A stretch of 58,896 nt of DNA from NCBI GenBank assembly GCA_015061565.1, contig SUWI01000003.1, forward strand, positions 1 to 58,896. Reading direction: 5' to 3'. This stretch comes from Lentisphaerota bacterium. GTDB taxonomy: Bacteria; Verrucomicrobiota; Lentisphaeria; Victivallales; UBA1829. The notes under the pieces are model-generated. The model was not told the origin of the DNA and did no database searches. It worked only from the letters and a program-made list of their open reading frames with translations. This document shows, piece after piece, positions 20,028 to 28,663 of this stretch. Numbering within the stretch: position 1 is the stretch's first letter; every line of letters starts with the position of its first letter. The translations under genes were made by a program, and so were the position numbers.

Positions 20028-21803
20028 TCACTTTACAGTTTTGCGGACATCGGGGAATCGGTATTTGCTGCCGTTCAATTCAATTTCAGCGCCGGCATAG
20101 CATATCGGCAGACGAATGATCTTGCCGTTAGCCGGATGCGTGAAAACGATCTTGTCTTTGATGATCTGACCCAGAATTGCAGTATTTGACGCAGGGCATT
20201 TTGCAACCGGGATCTGCTCATTCTGCGCGAGCAGAAGCAGGATCGGCACATCGACCCAGATCGGACTGATCTTTGCCGGCGTGACTCCTATGGTTCCATC
20301 GGTTTTCTGTTCGGCAAAAGTCCCGAAATTCGAAACGGGAATGAAAAAGACATTGTCAAAAAAACTTTCCGCTGCATTGACCAGACCGGGAACATAATTC
20401 AGCATCATTTCCCGGAGCGTATAGGACACTTGGTAAATATTGTCCATCGCCAGCAGATATTCCTCTTCGTCTTGCCACCCCTTGCGCTTGGTTATATAGG
20501 GGGTTTCCGTCATGTTCAGGGGAAATTTGTTCCTCCAGGTATCATATTTGCCTATTGCGATGACCAGAGGGATCTTGCAGGAATCGGAGCTGTGCATATT
20601 GGCATGCCGCCGGATCCGGTTGATCATTTCATTCAGCAGAATGGTCTGATCCACTGCCCGGGGATTCTTCGAAACCTGCGGATCGCGTTCATCGCAGAGG
20701 TCAAGCCGCATGGATGCATCATTGACCGGATCGAAGAGAAACACGATCCCGTTCGAGTGGGAAAGATGGAAAGTCGCCTGATTGACCCATTCGTCACGCC
20801 CGGGAATGAACATTTCTCCCGAGTTGTCATAAAAAATCATATTGAGATCGTTTTCATCGCCGTTCTGGCGAAAATCGAAGACAAAGGGTTTGGGCAATTC
20901 AATGTCTATATCGTCCAGGCGGATCCGGTCGGAAATGCCTTCCCCGGAGATCTGGGTCGCCGGCAATGAGGTGATCTCGTCCGGTTTCAATGACATGAAA
21001 AGCTGTTTTTCATAGGAATTCAGAGTCGCATTGAGTTCAGGATCCGCATCGAAAAAAGCTGCATCGAAATATTCCGGCAGGGTTTTCCGAAGCTGATGGG
21101 TCAGGCAGGTCAGAAAATAAGACTTTCCGCTCGAAGTCGCTCCCGCTATGGAAAAATAAAGGGAAGGCTTGTCCAGCAGTCCCGAAGGAATACGCAGATG
21201 ACAGCGGGGACAAGCCATTTCAGTCGCGGGCAGACCTCTTTCATCCAGCGGCTGGCCCATCTGATTGAATACCGTCGGCATAAACCTTTTTGGCGCATAT
21301 TCGCCCAGTATGGGATCCCCGTACAGGGAAGGATGGACTGATATGTAAAGAATGTAATCCTGATCAAAACTTTTCCAGCAATGAGGACACAGCAGATCCC
21401 CATCGGGGATGTCGCTGTCAAGGTCCACATAGGGAATGTTGGAAATAAATTCAGTTGTGGAATCCGCCCGGGGCGGAAGTTTGAATTTGATCCCGCACTT
21501 CGAACATTTGAATACGGTTGCCTTGAACAGATCTTCCGTAACGCTGTAGTGCTGGCCGCAATCCGGACAGGCTATCCGTATGCTCCCCCCGTTGCCGGAA
21601 CTGAGAAATTCTGCCGTTTTGATTTTCTGGTCAGGCTGATCGGCAAGGATTTTCCCGATCTTGAGGCATTGCCCGTCCTGCGGTCCGCCGGATATTTTGG
21701 CAAAAGAATCTTCCGAAATCGTCTTGCCCGAAACCATTTTCCGCAGTTGTTCCAGCGAAAAAGGTCCGACCTGCAAGCCGTCTTTGAATATGTAATAGTC
21801 CAT
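20028..21803 (-). CDS. TRAFAC-class GTPase (DO-GTPase-like) with N-terminal GYF_2 and zinc-ribbon domains
   Basis: G1 GATSSGKS, G2 PAT, G3 DNSGE, G4 GKYD, G5 VSNFG. N-terminal 'YYIFKDGLQVGPFSLEQL'. CxxC pairs CPDC/CSKC and CPHC/CPRC. Confidence 0.85.
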   Translation of the reverse strand: MDYYIFKDGLQVGPFSLEQLRKMVSGKTISEDSFAKISGGPQDGQCLKIGKILADQPDQKIKTAEFLSSGNGGSIRIACPDCGQHYSVTEDLFKATVFKCSKCGIKFKLPPRADSTTEFISNIPYVDLDSDIPDGDLLCPHCWKSFDQDYILYISVHPSLYGDPILGEYAPKRFMPTVFNQMGQPLDERGLPATEMACPRCHLRIPSGLLDKPSLYFSIAGATSSGKSYFLTCLTHQLRKTLPEYFDAAFFDADPELNATLNSYEKQLFMSLKPDEITSLPATQISGEGISDRIRLDDIDIELPKPFVFDFRQNGDENDLNMIFYDNSGEMFIPGRDEWVNQATFHLSHSNGIVFLFDPVNDASMRLDLCDERDPQVSKNPRAVDQTILLNEMINRIRRHANMHSSDSCKIPLVIAIGKYDTWRNKFPLNMTETPYITKRKGWQDEEEYLLAMDNIYQVSYTLREMMLNYVPGLVNAAESFFDNVFFIPVSNFGTFAEQKTDGTIGVTPAKISPIWVDVPILLLLAQNEQIPVAKCPASNTAILGQIIKDKIVFTHPANGKIIRLPICYAGAEIELNGSKYRFPDVRKTVK

Positions 21804-21818
21804 CTTGATAACGAAGCC

Positions 21819-22931
21819 TCAGTTATGGTTGTATTTCTGATATTCCGAAAGGGCGGTATCAAACCGTTTTTCCCAGTCAGGATTTCTGATCATCTGGAGC
21901 ACTTCCAGCATCGCATTGCCCCATTCCGGAAATTCACTGCGCGGTGATAAGGTCTGCGTCTTCCTCCAGGCGGTGTAACAGCTCGGCACAAAGGTGCGGT
22001 TCATATCTTTCAGATCTGACGGCGGCGCATATTCCCACTGGCCGTGCCGGTCCGGGAAAACCGTTTTGAAACTTTTTTCCCGATTCTGGTTGTCATTCCT
22101 GTTCTGGACATATTTTTCCCGGATTTCTTCCCCGATCTGTTTTATTTCTTCATTCAGTTCGTTCTTAAGTTCATTGCTGATGCCGGAATGGCGGATCGCC
22201 GCCACCGATATGTCCCAATATTTTGAATACAGACAAAATGCCAGAAAATAATTTTTCTGATTATCTGCCAGATTTTGGATGACCCGGATCGCATTTGCAT
22301 TTTTCAGGGAACCTTTCAACCCTTTTTCCAGCAGCATGTCCAGGGTGCCGGAATTGTTGTCCTCGGACGAGTTTTGAGGCGAATAAGGGCAGCTGCTCCG
22401 TCTGGACGCCGCTTGCTTGTTTGAACGGGCGTTCGACTTCGCCTTGGCCGCACGATACTGGGCAATATTTAGTCTTATGGCATTGTTAAACTTCTCCAAA
22501 TCCTTATAAAAGGAAAGTACCAGATTGGTGACTGGCGTATTCATTTTTTCTGCCAGTTTCCTGTACCCGTCCGATAATTTTCTTGCCTTGAAGCCGCTTT
22601 TGATATTCCAATATGCCAGTTCCATGGCCACTATCTCCGGAGTCAGTTCCGATTCGAGATAATTTAGTTTTGTGCAGGCTCCCAATTTCGGTTTGACATA
22701 ACAAATTGATCCGTTCCCACGGTAAGGCGTGCACTCCAGCAGAATTGCACCATCGTTTTCGCGAATTGCCTTTTGAAAAACCACAATGTCTCTTTTTATC
22801 GTTTTTCCATCCGAATATTCAGCATAAAGCAATTGCCCCGCATCATCAACGGTCAGAAATTCATCCGCAGCTGATAACCAGAAAAAAGAAAAAAAGAGCT
22901 GCATTATACAGAAAATAACTTTATGCCTCAT
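21819..22931 (-). CDS. Hypothetical secreted protein, first gene of the GTPase operon
   Basis: GAGGAG RBS and signal-peptide-like 'MRHKVIFCIMQLFFSFFWLSAA'. Ends 15 bp before the GTPase start. Confidence 0.75.
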   Translation of the reverse strand: MRHKVIFCIMQLFFSFFWLSAADEFLTVDDAGQLLYAEYSDGKTIKRDIVVFQKAIRENDGAILLECTPYRGNGSICYVKPKLGACTKLNYLESELTPEIVAMELAYWNIKSGFKARKLSDGYRKLAEKMNTPVTNLVLSFYKDLEKFNNAIRLNIAQYRAAKAKSNARSNKQAASRRSSCPYSPQNSSEDNNSGTLDMLLEKGLKGSLKNANAIRVIQNLADNQKNYFLAFCLYSKYWDISVAAIRHSGISNELKNELNEEIKQIGEEIREKYVQNRNDNQNREKSFKTVFPDRHGQWEYAPPSDLKDMNRTFVPSCYTAWRKTQTLSPRSEFPEWGNAMLEVLQMIRNPDWEKRFDTALSEYQKYNHN

Positions 22932-23228
22932 ACACTCCTCTCTGCAAAAATACGAATATTGCAACCGTTCCTGTTAACTTTTATATATAAAAATAACACA
23001 CCTTCTGTTAATTGCAAGCAAAGGTCTCTCGTAAAAATCGAAAAATGCCAGTGGAATGTCAAAATCCCGAAGGCGCATCTGGATGAGCTGAAACAGCAGA
23101 TCCAATTATTTATTCCGCCCGTGATCCAGCATGGATACGGATATATTGATACAAATGAATAATTAACCTTTTCAAAACTGAAGCGGATAATTGATGCTGG
23201 AGCTGTAGGCTCCAGCATCTGAAAACTC

Positions 23229-23781
23229 TTACTTTGCAATCAGTTTTCTGATATATTCTCTCGTATAAAACGCAGTTCCGTACGGAACGCGGTCAACTTC
23301 CCTGCCGCATTCATCATATTTCAAACCCAAATTTATAATTTCCACATCACGAAATTTCTCCTTCAAATACATTGCAATCAAACCGCGATGACACCGAAAC
23401 AGCGGCTGTTCCGCGCACATGATTGCCGTATAATCGATGTCATTGAGAGTGAGTTTCCAGCTCACGGATAACACCCTCAGCGAAATACTCAACTGCATAG
23501 CGGTCAAGTTCCCACTGCTCATCGATACACGCACGAAACGCCTTCGGCTGAGGCGCCAAAGCGAGATAATGCGTGTAATCGATTCCTTCGTTTTTGCAGC
23601 TCTCATTCAACACCTTGCTGTTGAAAGCTTTGTAAAACTGCTGATTCGGATATCGCCTGACATCCCACAGCTTTCTGACTCCTTCACGATGAAGAGTTTT
23701 GAAGAAACAATCACTGTTGTTTCCATTCCACTTCTGACCATTGAATTCTCCTCTTGCAGCGACCGTGAACAGTTTAACCAT
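23229..23781 (-). pseudogene. DUF488-like gene split by a frameshift near 23450-23460
   Basis: One frame carries 'LWDVRRYP...YTHYLALAP'. The overlapping frame carries 'IMCAE....CHR.LI'. Both are DUF488 motifs. AGGAG RBS before ATG 23781. Confidence 0.75.
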
Positions 23782-24098
23782 AACCTTCTCCTTTTGTTTG
23801 GGGTTCATTCAACAATATGGGCGTGCCATCAGAAATTTTCTGAAAAAAAACGTCTGGAATAACACCCGTATTATTTATCACCCCAAAAATCATTACGGGA
23901 AAGACAAGAAAACGGCAGGAATGACTGCAATGCCGATCCGACGTGGAAAACCTGCTGCCGTCGGACGTTTCGACTTCGATCTCGCCGCCGGCTGCGCCGC
24001 GCACCGTTCAGGACGGAAATCAGCAAGGTTCCCCAGGTCCGAAACCATTGACGGCAGTTTCATGCCATTAAGAAGGATCTCTGCCTGTGAAAATAGAT

Positions 24099-24126
24099 CA
24101 GGCGGCCGGATTTCTCCGGCCGCCTG
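24099..24126 (-). terminator. Probable intrinsic terminator hairpin
   Basis: Perfect 12-bp stem CAGGCGGCCGGA with a GAAA loop on the minus strand, followed by ATCTATTTT, downstream of the decarboxylase stop. Confidence 0.6.
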
Positions 24127-24183
24127 TTCCTGTTTTCATCCCGGGATCATTTCGCCGGGAATTTCAACTGCTGTTTGAGAAGG

Positions 24184-24984
24184 TTATTCGCGGGAGGACT
24201 CCACTTTTTTCAGCTCCTGACCGCGGTCTTTATTCAGATCCAGTTTAGCCAGGTGGTCGGACCCGGCCGGGAAGATTGCCCGGAAATCGTAAATCTCGCA
24301 GATTTCCAGTTCGCCGTCAAGCAGGGAGAAGTCGAGGACGTGCCCGCCGCAGCGGCGGTCTTTATCCACGAAATGGACATGCCAGCCGGGAACATTCATA
24401 CCCTTGACGTATTTGGGGAACAGAAAACCGACCATATCGCCGGAGATGTTTTTGAATTTGAATTCGGCCTGATTCTTGGAGGCTTCGATCAAGGGGCGGT
24501 AAGGTTTTTTCTGGCGTTCGACGGAACGGGTATGCATGAAGGAGAATTTGCCTTTGAAGCGGATCGCGACCGGAACGTTCCGGTTGGCAATGTATTGCGG
24601 GACCTGTTTTTCGAAATCCTTGAAAGATTTGATGTTTTTCAGCTGGATCTTTTTGGTCGGAACGAAATTGACCACCGTGGCGAACGGGATCGTTTCCGAA
24701 TCGGCCGGACGGTTTACCGTGCCATCGTATTTCACCTGATAGACCACGCCGTCCACCACCAGCATTTCGCCGTCCAGCTGATGCATGGTGCCGATCCCGA
24801 GATTGCCCCAGGATTTGAGCTGGGCGACCGTGGCGGAACCGTCATACATGCCGCCCAGCAGGGTGTCGATGATGGCCACCTGGGTGATGCGGGGTTCGGT
24901 TTGCGTGGTTCCGCAGCCGCAGAGCAGCGTGACGCAGAAGATCATGACGGTGGAAAGTGAAAGGACGGAAATGTGTTTTTTCAT
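24184..24984 (-). CDS. budA: Alpha-acetolactate decarboxylase, predicted lipoprotein
   Basis: 'GIGTMHQLDGEM', 'PGWHVHF' and 'GGHVLD' (three Zn His). Lipobox-like LLCGC. Confidence 0.9.
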   Translation of the reverse strand: MKKHISVLSLSTVMIFCVTLLCGCGTTQTEPRITQVAIIDTLLGGMYDGSATVAQLKSWGNLGIGTMHQLDGEMLVVDGVVYQVKYDGTVNRPADSETIPFATVVNFVPTKKIQLKNIKSFKDFEKQVPQYIANRNVPVAIRFKGKFSFMHTRSVERQKKPYRPLIEASKNQAEFKFKNISGDMVGFLFPKYVKGMNVPGWHVHFVDKDRRCGGHVLDFSLLDGELEICEIYDFRAIFPAGSDHLAKLDLNKDRGQELKKVESSRE

Positions 24985-25121
24985 GGAAGCCTCCAATTTC
25001 GTTGTTTATTCCATAGTTGATATGAGCTGTTAATATAACATTTTGCGGTGATTTTTCAAGCTGGAAGTAACCCGTTTTTCCAAAATGGTCAGACGGATTT
25101 CAGGTCATAGACTGCGGAAGA

Positions 25122-25610
25122 TCAGAAACGGATCCCGAAATCGCCTTTCGCATAGAACCAGACATGGAAGAATGCATCGCGGGTGAATTCGTTGTTTTTC
25201 CCGCTGCTGACCGTCCCCAGGAATTTGCCGCTGGCATTCCGATAGGTGGTCATTTTCCCGGAAAAGGCCGCAGTGCCAACGATCCTGCTCTGATGGTCGC
25301 GGTAGGTGATCTGGCTTCCGTCGGAAGTCGCGGTGCCGAAAATCTGGCCGCGGGCGTCGCGATAGGTGGTAAGGCTGCCGCTCTGGTCAGCCGTGGCGAC
25401 CAGGCGTCCGTTGACATCGCGGTAAAGGATCTGGGACCCGCTTGGAGAGGAGGTCCCGAGAACTTTGCCTGTGCCATCCCGGTAAGTGGTGATGGCGCCG
25501 TCGGTGGTGGCAGTGCCGGAAATCTGACCGTGATCATCGATGAAATTGATCGGCGCCGCGAAAAGCGCAGCTGCAAACAGCAAAGCCTGAATCGTCAATA
25601 TTTTTTTCAT
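25122..25610 (-). CDS. Small secreted protein built of six 20-aa repeats
   Basis: Signal peptide followed by (YRDxxGxxxGTAxxxGxxxT)x6. GAAAGGA RBS. Confidence 0.8.
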   Translation of the reverse strand: MKKILTIQALLFAAALFAAPINFIDDHGQISGTATTDGAITTYRDGTGKVLGTSSPSGSQILYRDVNGRLVATADQSGSLTTYRDARGQIFGTATSDGSQITYRDHQSRIVGTAAFSGKMTTYRNASGKFLGTVSSGKNNEFTRDAFFHVWFYAKGDFGIRF

Positions 25611-25874
25611 GCTGGATCCTTTCATTGGGTTTGGCTGAAAACTATTTGTATAATATACTTGCCGTTGGCGTATTTGCAAGCAGGGAAAGCCCCATGTCCA
25701 GCACTGAAGAATCATTTTTTCCGCACAAGAAAACTTTTCCTGGGAGAGAATTGATCATTTTTTTCAGACAATGGGATTGCCTCGCTTGCGAAACGGTGTA
25801 TATTACGACATAAGTTTTTCAGTTTTATTCATGGAATGGGACTTCATTTTGGGAGAAAGTTTCTGTTGAGAAAA

Positions 25875-27383
25875 TCACCCGGAAAATATGCTGAAGCGCA
25901 CATTGGAAAGGTCGATTATTTCAATGATATCATTCCGTAAGGATTCGAGCAGACGTTTAGCCATCTGCTTGAGCGATCCGAACAGAGAGATACCTTTTTC
26001 CCGGGAAGGCAAAATAGTGTTTGGAGACAGAATTTTGATCATCCCGTTGGAAAAAGTCAGGAATTGTTCGATTGATAAAGCGATGAATCGAACGAGGAAA
26101 TAGTTTTGGAGACCATATCCTTTATTCCCGTAAGAGTGTTGAAGTTCCATTCCATGATTTTTTAAGGTGTTGAAGGTTTCATTTTCAATTTTCCATCGTT
26201 GTCTTGCTCCTTCATGGATAAGTTCCATGATATTTTCTCTGCTGGGTCTGTGATTTGTAATATATGCGAACTTACGTTTGGTTTTTGTTTTGAAAAAATC
26301 CTCGGTCTCTTCTATCGCGAACATCAATAAGGGTTGAGGCGAGCATTTCTTTTGGCTGTCTTTCTGGAAATCATGCCTCAACACGGTTGTCCAGCGGAAT
26401 GTCCTGCAGCAATCTTCTGTCCGGTGCTGCCAAGTATTTTCCTGATGTTTTTTCAGATTAGAAGCAACCGCTTTTTGAAATGCCGGCAAGGAATCCTTTT
26501 GCAGGGAAATGAAATAGTTCCAATTATTTTTATCGCAAATGCTGATCACATTCCGGTTGGCATAAAGACCATCCAGCAGCAACGTAACCGGAAGACGCGG
26601 AAACTTTTCTTTCAGTCGGCCGACCAAACGGTAAAATGCCTTCAATTCACAATCTTGTTTTTTGAATTCATCGTCCTTTTCTGAAAGCGTTTTCCCTTTG
26701 TCCGGAGTGTTTTCTATGAACTCGATTTCGATTGGCAAAACCAGTCCAGTGGGGGATACCAGCATGGCGACCAGCGCATAATGAAAATACGTCGTAACGC
26801 CATCGGTTGTCCGCCGCAGACAATACTCGCAATGAGGGTGTTTGAAGGTCGCGAAGCAAACCCCGTCGACCGCCACCAGAAAATTTCCGTCAAAACGGAA
26901 ATCATCAAGCACCTTGCTGCGGATCAAATCCCGGATATTCTTCCGGATGACTTTTTGGAGTTCCTCCGGATTCAGGTTCGCCATGAAGTAGTTCACCGTG
27001 TCAATATGGGCAATATGTTCAAGTCGATTTCCTGATATTATTCCCAAGTTGGCACGAAAAGCATCCGTCGCTTTATCTCTCTCAAATTGACGCCGCGATT
27101 CAATGTGCGTCTGAAACATGAAGAGAGCCTGCCATAACAATACTTCCGGCGGATAGGTCGTCATCCAGTCCTTGCGCGGGTCTGCTACATTTTTCAGAAA
27201 GTATTTCAGTCTGCCGAAATAACGTTCTATGATTCCGAAATATCCGTGACTTACCGGTCCATGACTTTCTTTCGGTTTTTGTTTACGGCCCGGCTTGTGG
27301 TTACATACATGCGGATGATTTGTTCGTTCATGCCGTCGATTTCTTTTAAGATCTTTTTTATGCGCTGATGCTCTTTTACCCAT
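25875..27383 (-). CDS. DDE transposase
   Basis: Triad VAVDG / LLLDGLY / RWKIENETFNTLK. GAGGTGG RBS before ATG 27383. Confidence 0.9.
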   Translation of the reverse strand: MGKRASAHKKDLKRNRRHERTNHPHVCNHKPGRKQKPKESHGPVSHGYFGIIERYFGRLKYFLKNVADPRKDWMTTYPPEVLLWQALFMFQTHIESRRQFERDKATDAFRANLGIISGNRLEHIAHIDTVNYFMANLNPEELQKVIRKNIRDLIRSKVLDDFRFDGNFLVAVDGVCFATFKHPHCEYCLRRTTDGVTTYFHYALVAMLVSPTGLVLPIEIEFIENTPDKGKTLSEKDDEFKKQDCELKAFYRLVGRLKEKFPRLPVTLLLDGLYANRNVISICDKNNWNYFISLQKDSLPAFQKAVASNLKKHQENTWQHRTEDCCRTFRWTTVLRHDFQKDSQKKCSPQPLLMFAIEETEDFFKTKTKRKFAYITNHRPSRENIMELIHEGARQRWKIENETFNTLKNHGMELQHSYGNKGYGLQNYFLVRFIALSIEQFLTFSNGMIKILSPNTILPSREKGISLFGSLKQMAKRLLESLRNDIIEIIDLSNVRFSIFSG

Positions 27384-27625
27384 GATTCCACCTCGTCTGC
27401 TATGGCTACTGGTATGTAAATACCTTTCGTCTTCCCTTTCACTTTGCTGCTCAGCATACAGCAGGGATGTTTCGGCCCACCATTGGCACATTGACAGTTC
27501 GGATTTCCACATTTACGGCTTGTCCGAATGAAGGAGCCAGAAATAAAGGGCTTGGCATTGCCCAGTTCTTTTATTTTCGCCCGGACTCTCATCTTCAACA
27601 CATTGATCGAAACTTTTTCACTCAT
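27251..27625 (-). CDS. DUF6788-like IS accessory protein
   Basis: 'GSF....RKCGNPNCQC..G.KHP...L.....GKT...YIP'. AGGAGG RBS and a TTGACT-16-TATACT promoter (27687-27660). Confidence 0.8.
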   Translation of the reverse strand: MSEKVSINVLKMRVRAKIKELGNAKPFISGSFIRTSRKCGNPNCQCANGGPKHPCCMLSSKVKGKTKGIYIPVAIADEVESWVKEHQRIKKILKEIDGMNEQIIRMYVTTSRAVNKNRKKVMDR

Positions 27626-27937
27626 TTTTAAGCCTCCTAAGCTCTATTTTTTATTGATTAGTATACATCCTAATCAGAAAAAGTCAAGTGGAAATTCAAT
27701 AAGAATTAATTTTTTTTTGAAAAAATTTTTCCGCCTCAGATTTTGTGCGAACTAATATGATTCTTCAATGCTGGCCCCATGTCAGCAGAAAAATTCATCC
27801 TCCGAAGAAATCCCGGGATTTATTCGTCGATAATCGGAAGTCAGGCATATTTCCCAGTTGAAAAAAACGTTCCAGCCCCGTATATTATATGCGGAACGGA
27901 AAAACATCGGGCGACATGAGATTTCAAGAGTGAAAAA

Positions 27938-28654
27938 ATGAAAGCGAGAACCAAATTTACGCAGGTGTCATTATTCAGCGTCCTGCTCAGCGGACGCTAC
28001 GACGGAGTCATCAGCATTGCCGAATTGAAAAAACTCGGCGGCATGTCGATCGCCACCATGGACCGGCTGGACGGCGAAATGCAGATGATCGACGGGGTGG
28101 TCTATCAGGCGTGCGCCGACGGTCATGTCTATCAGCCGGGGGATGACGCGACCATTCCCTTCGGCACGGTCGCCGAATTTCATGCCGAACGGACTGTCCG
28201 GCTTGCCGGCATTCCCAGTTACGAACTCTTCGAGGAGTATATGGCGGAATGCTGCCCGCAGGAAAATGTCCCGCTTGCGGTCCATTTCACGGGAAATTTC
28301 CGCCGCATGAAAGTCCGCACGGTCGGCCGTCAGGAACAGGATGGACTCGGGCTCGCGGATGCGGCGAAAAACGAAGCCGTGTTCGATCTGTCCGACTGTT
28401 CCGGCGATCTGGTGGGATTCCGGCTTCCGGGCTATGTGAGCGGAGTCAATGCGCCCGGCTGGCATCTCCACTTTGTGGATACGGCCCGCCGGCACGGCGG
28501 ACATGTGGTCAACTTTTCCCTGCTTGAGGGAAATCTGCGTTACTGTCATGCGGATGATTTTCAGATCCGTCTGCCCGATCCCGAAGTGCTTTCCGGGCTC
28601 GATTTGAGCAGGGATTGGAGCAAAGAACTGAAACGGGCGGAGGCGGAACGGTGA
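27938..28654 (+). CDS. budA: Alpha-acetolactate decarboxylase, cytoplasmic paralog
   Basis: 'TMDRLDGEM', 'PGWHLHF' and 'GGHV'. Upstream promoter TTGAAA-17-TATATT (27858-27886). Confidence 0.9.
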   Translation: MKARTKFTQVSLFSVLLSGRYDGVISIAELKKLGGMSIATMDRLDGEMQMIDGVVYQACADGHVYQPGDDATIPFGTVAEFHAERTVRLAGIPSYELFEEYMAECCPQENVPLAVHFTGNFRRMKVRTVGRQEQDGLGLADAAKNEAVFDLSDCSGDLVGFRLPGYVSGVNAPGWHLHFVDTARRHGGHVVNFSLLEGNLRYCHADDFQIRLPDPEVLSGLDLSRDWSKELKRAEAER

Positions 28655-28663
28655 CTTCCCCCG

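Larger units (their letters stand above)
25699..27773 (-). mobile_element. Complete 2,075-bp insertion sequence (ISAs1-like/ISNCY-type DDE transposase plus DUF6788 accessory ORF)
   Basis: Terminal IRs CAGCACTGAAGAATCAT (25699-25715) and ATGATTCTTCAATGCTG (27757-27773) match at 16/17. Direct repeat GCCCCATGTC at 25689-25698 and 27774-27783. Confidence 0.93.

Noticed and set aside
22923-23239. Short ORFs on both strands upstream of the GTPase operon
   Set aside because: No RBS or motif support; probably promoter DNA plus a decayed fragment.
23870-24070. Possible structured ncRNA (TCCGACG/CGTCGGA stem plus a weak closing stem)
   Set aside because: The pairing is short for GC-rich DNA, I recognise no RNA family, and the minus strand reads more like a gene remnant.
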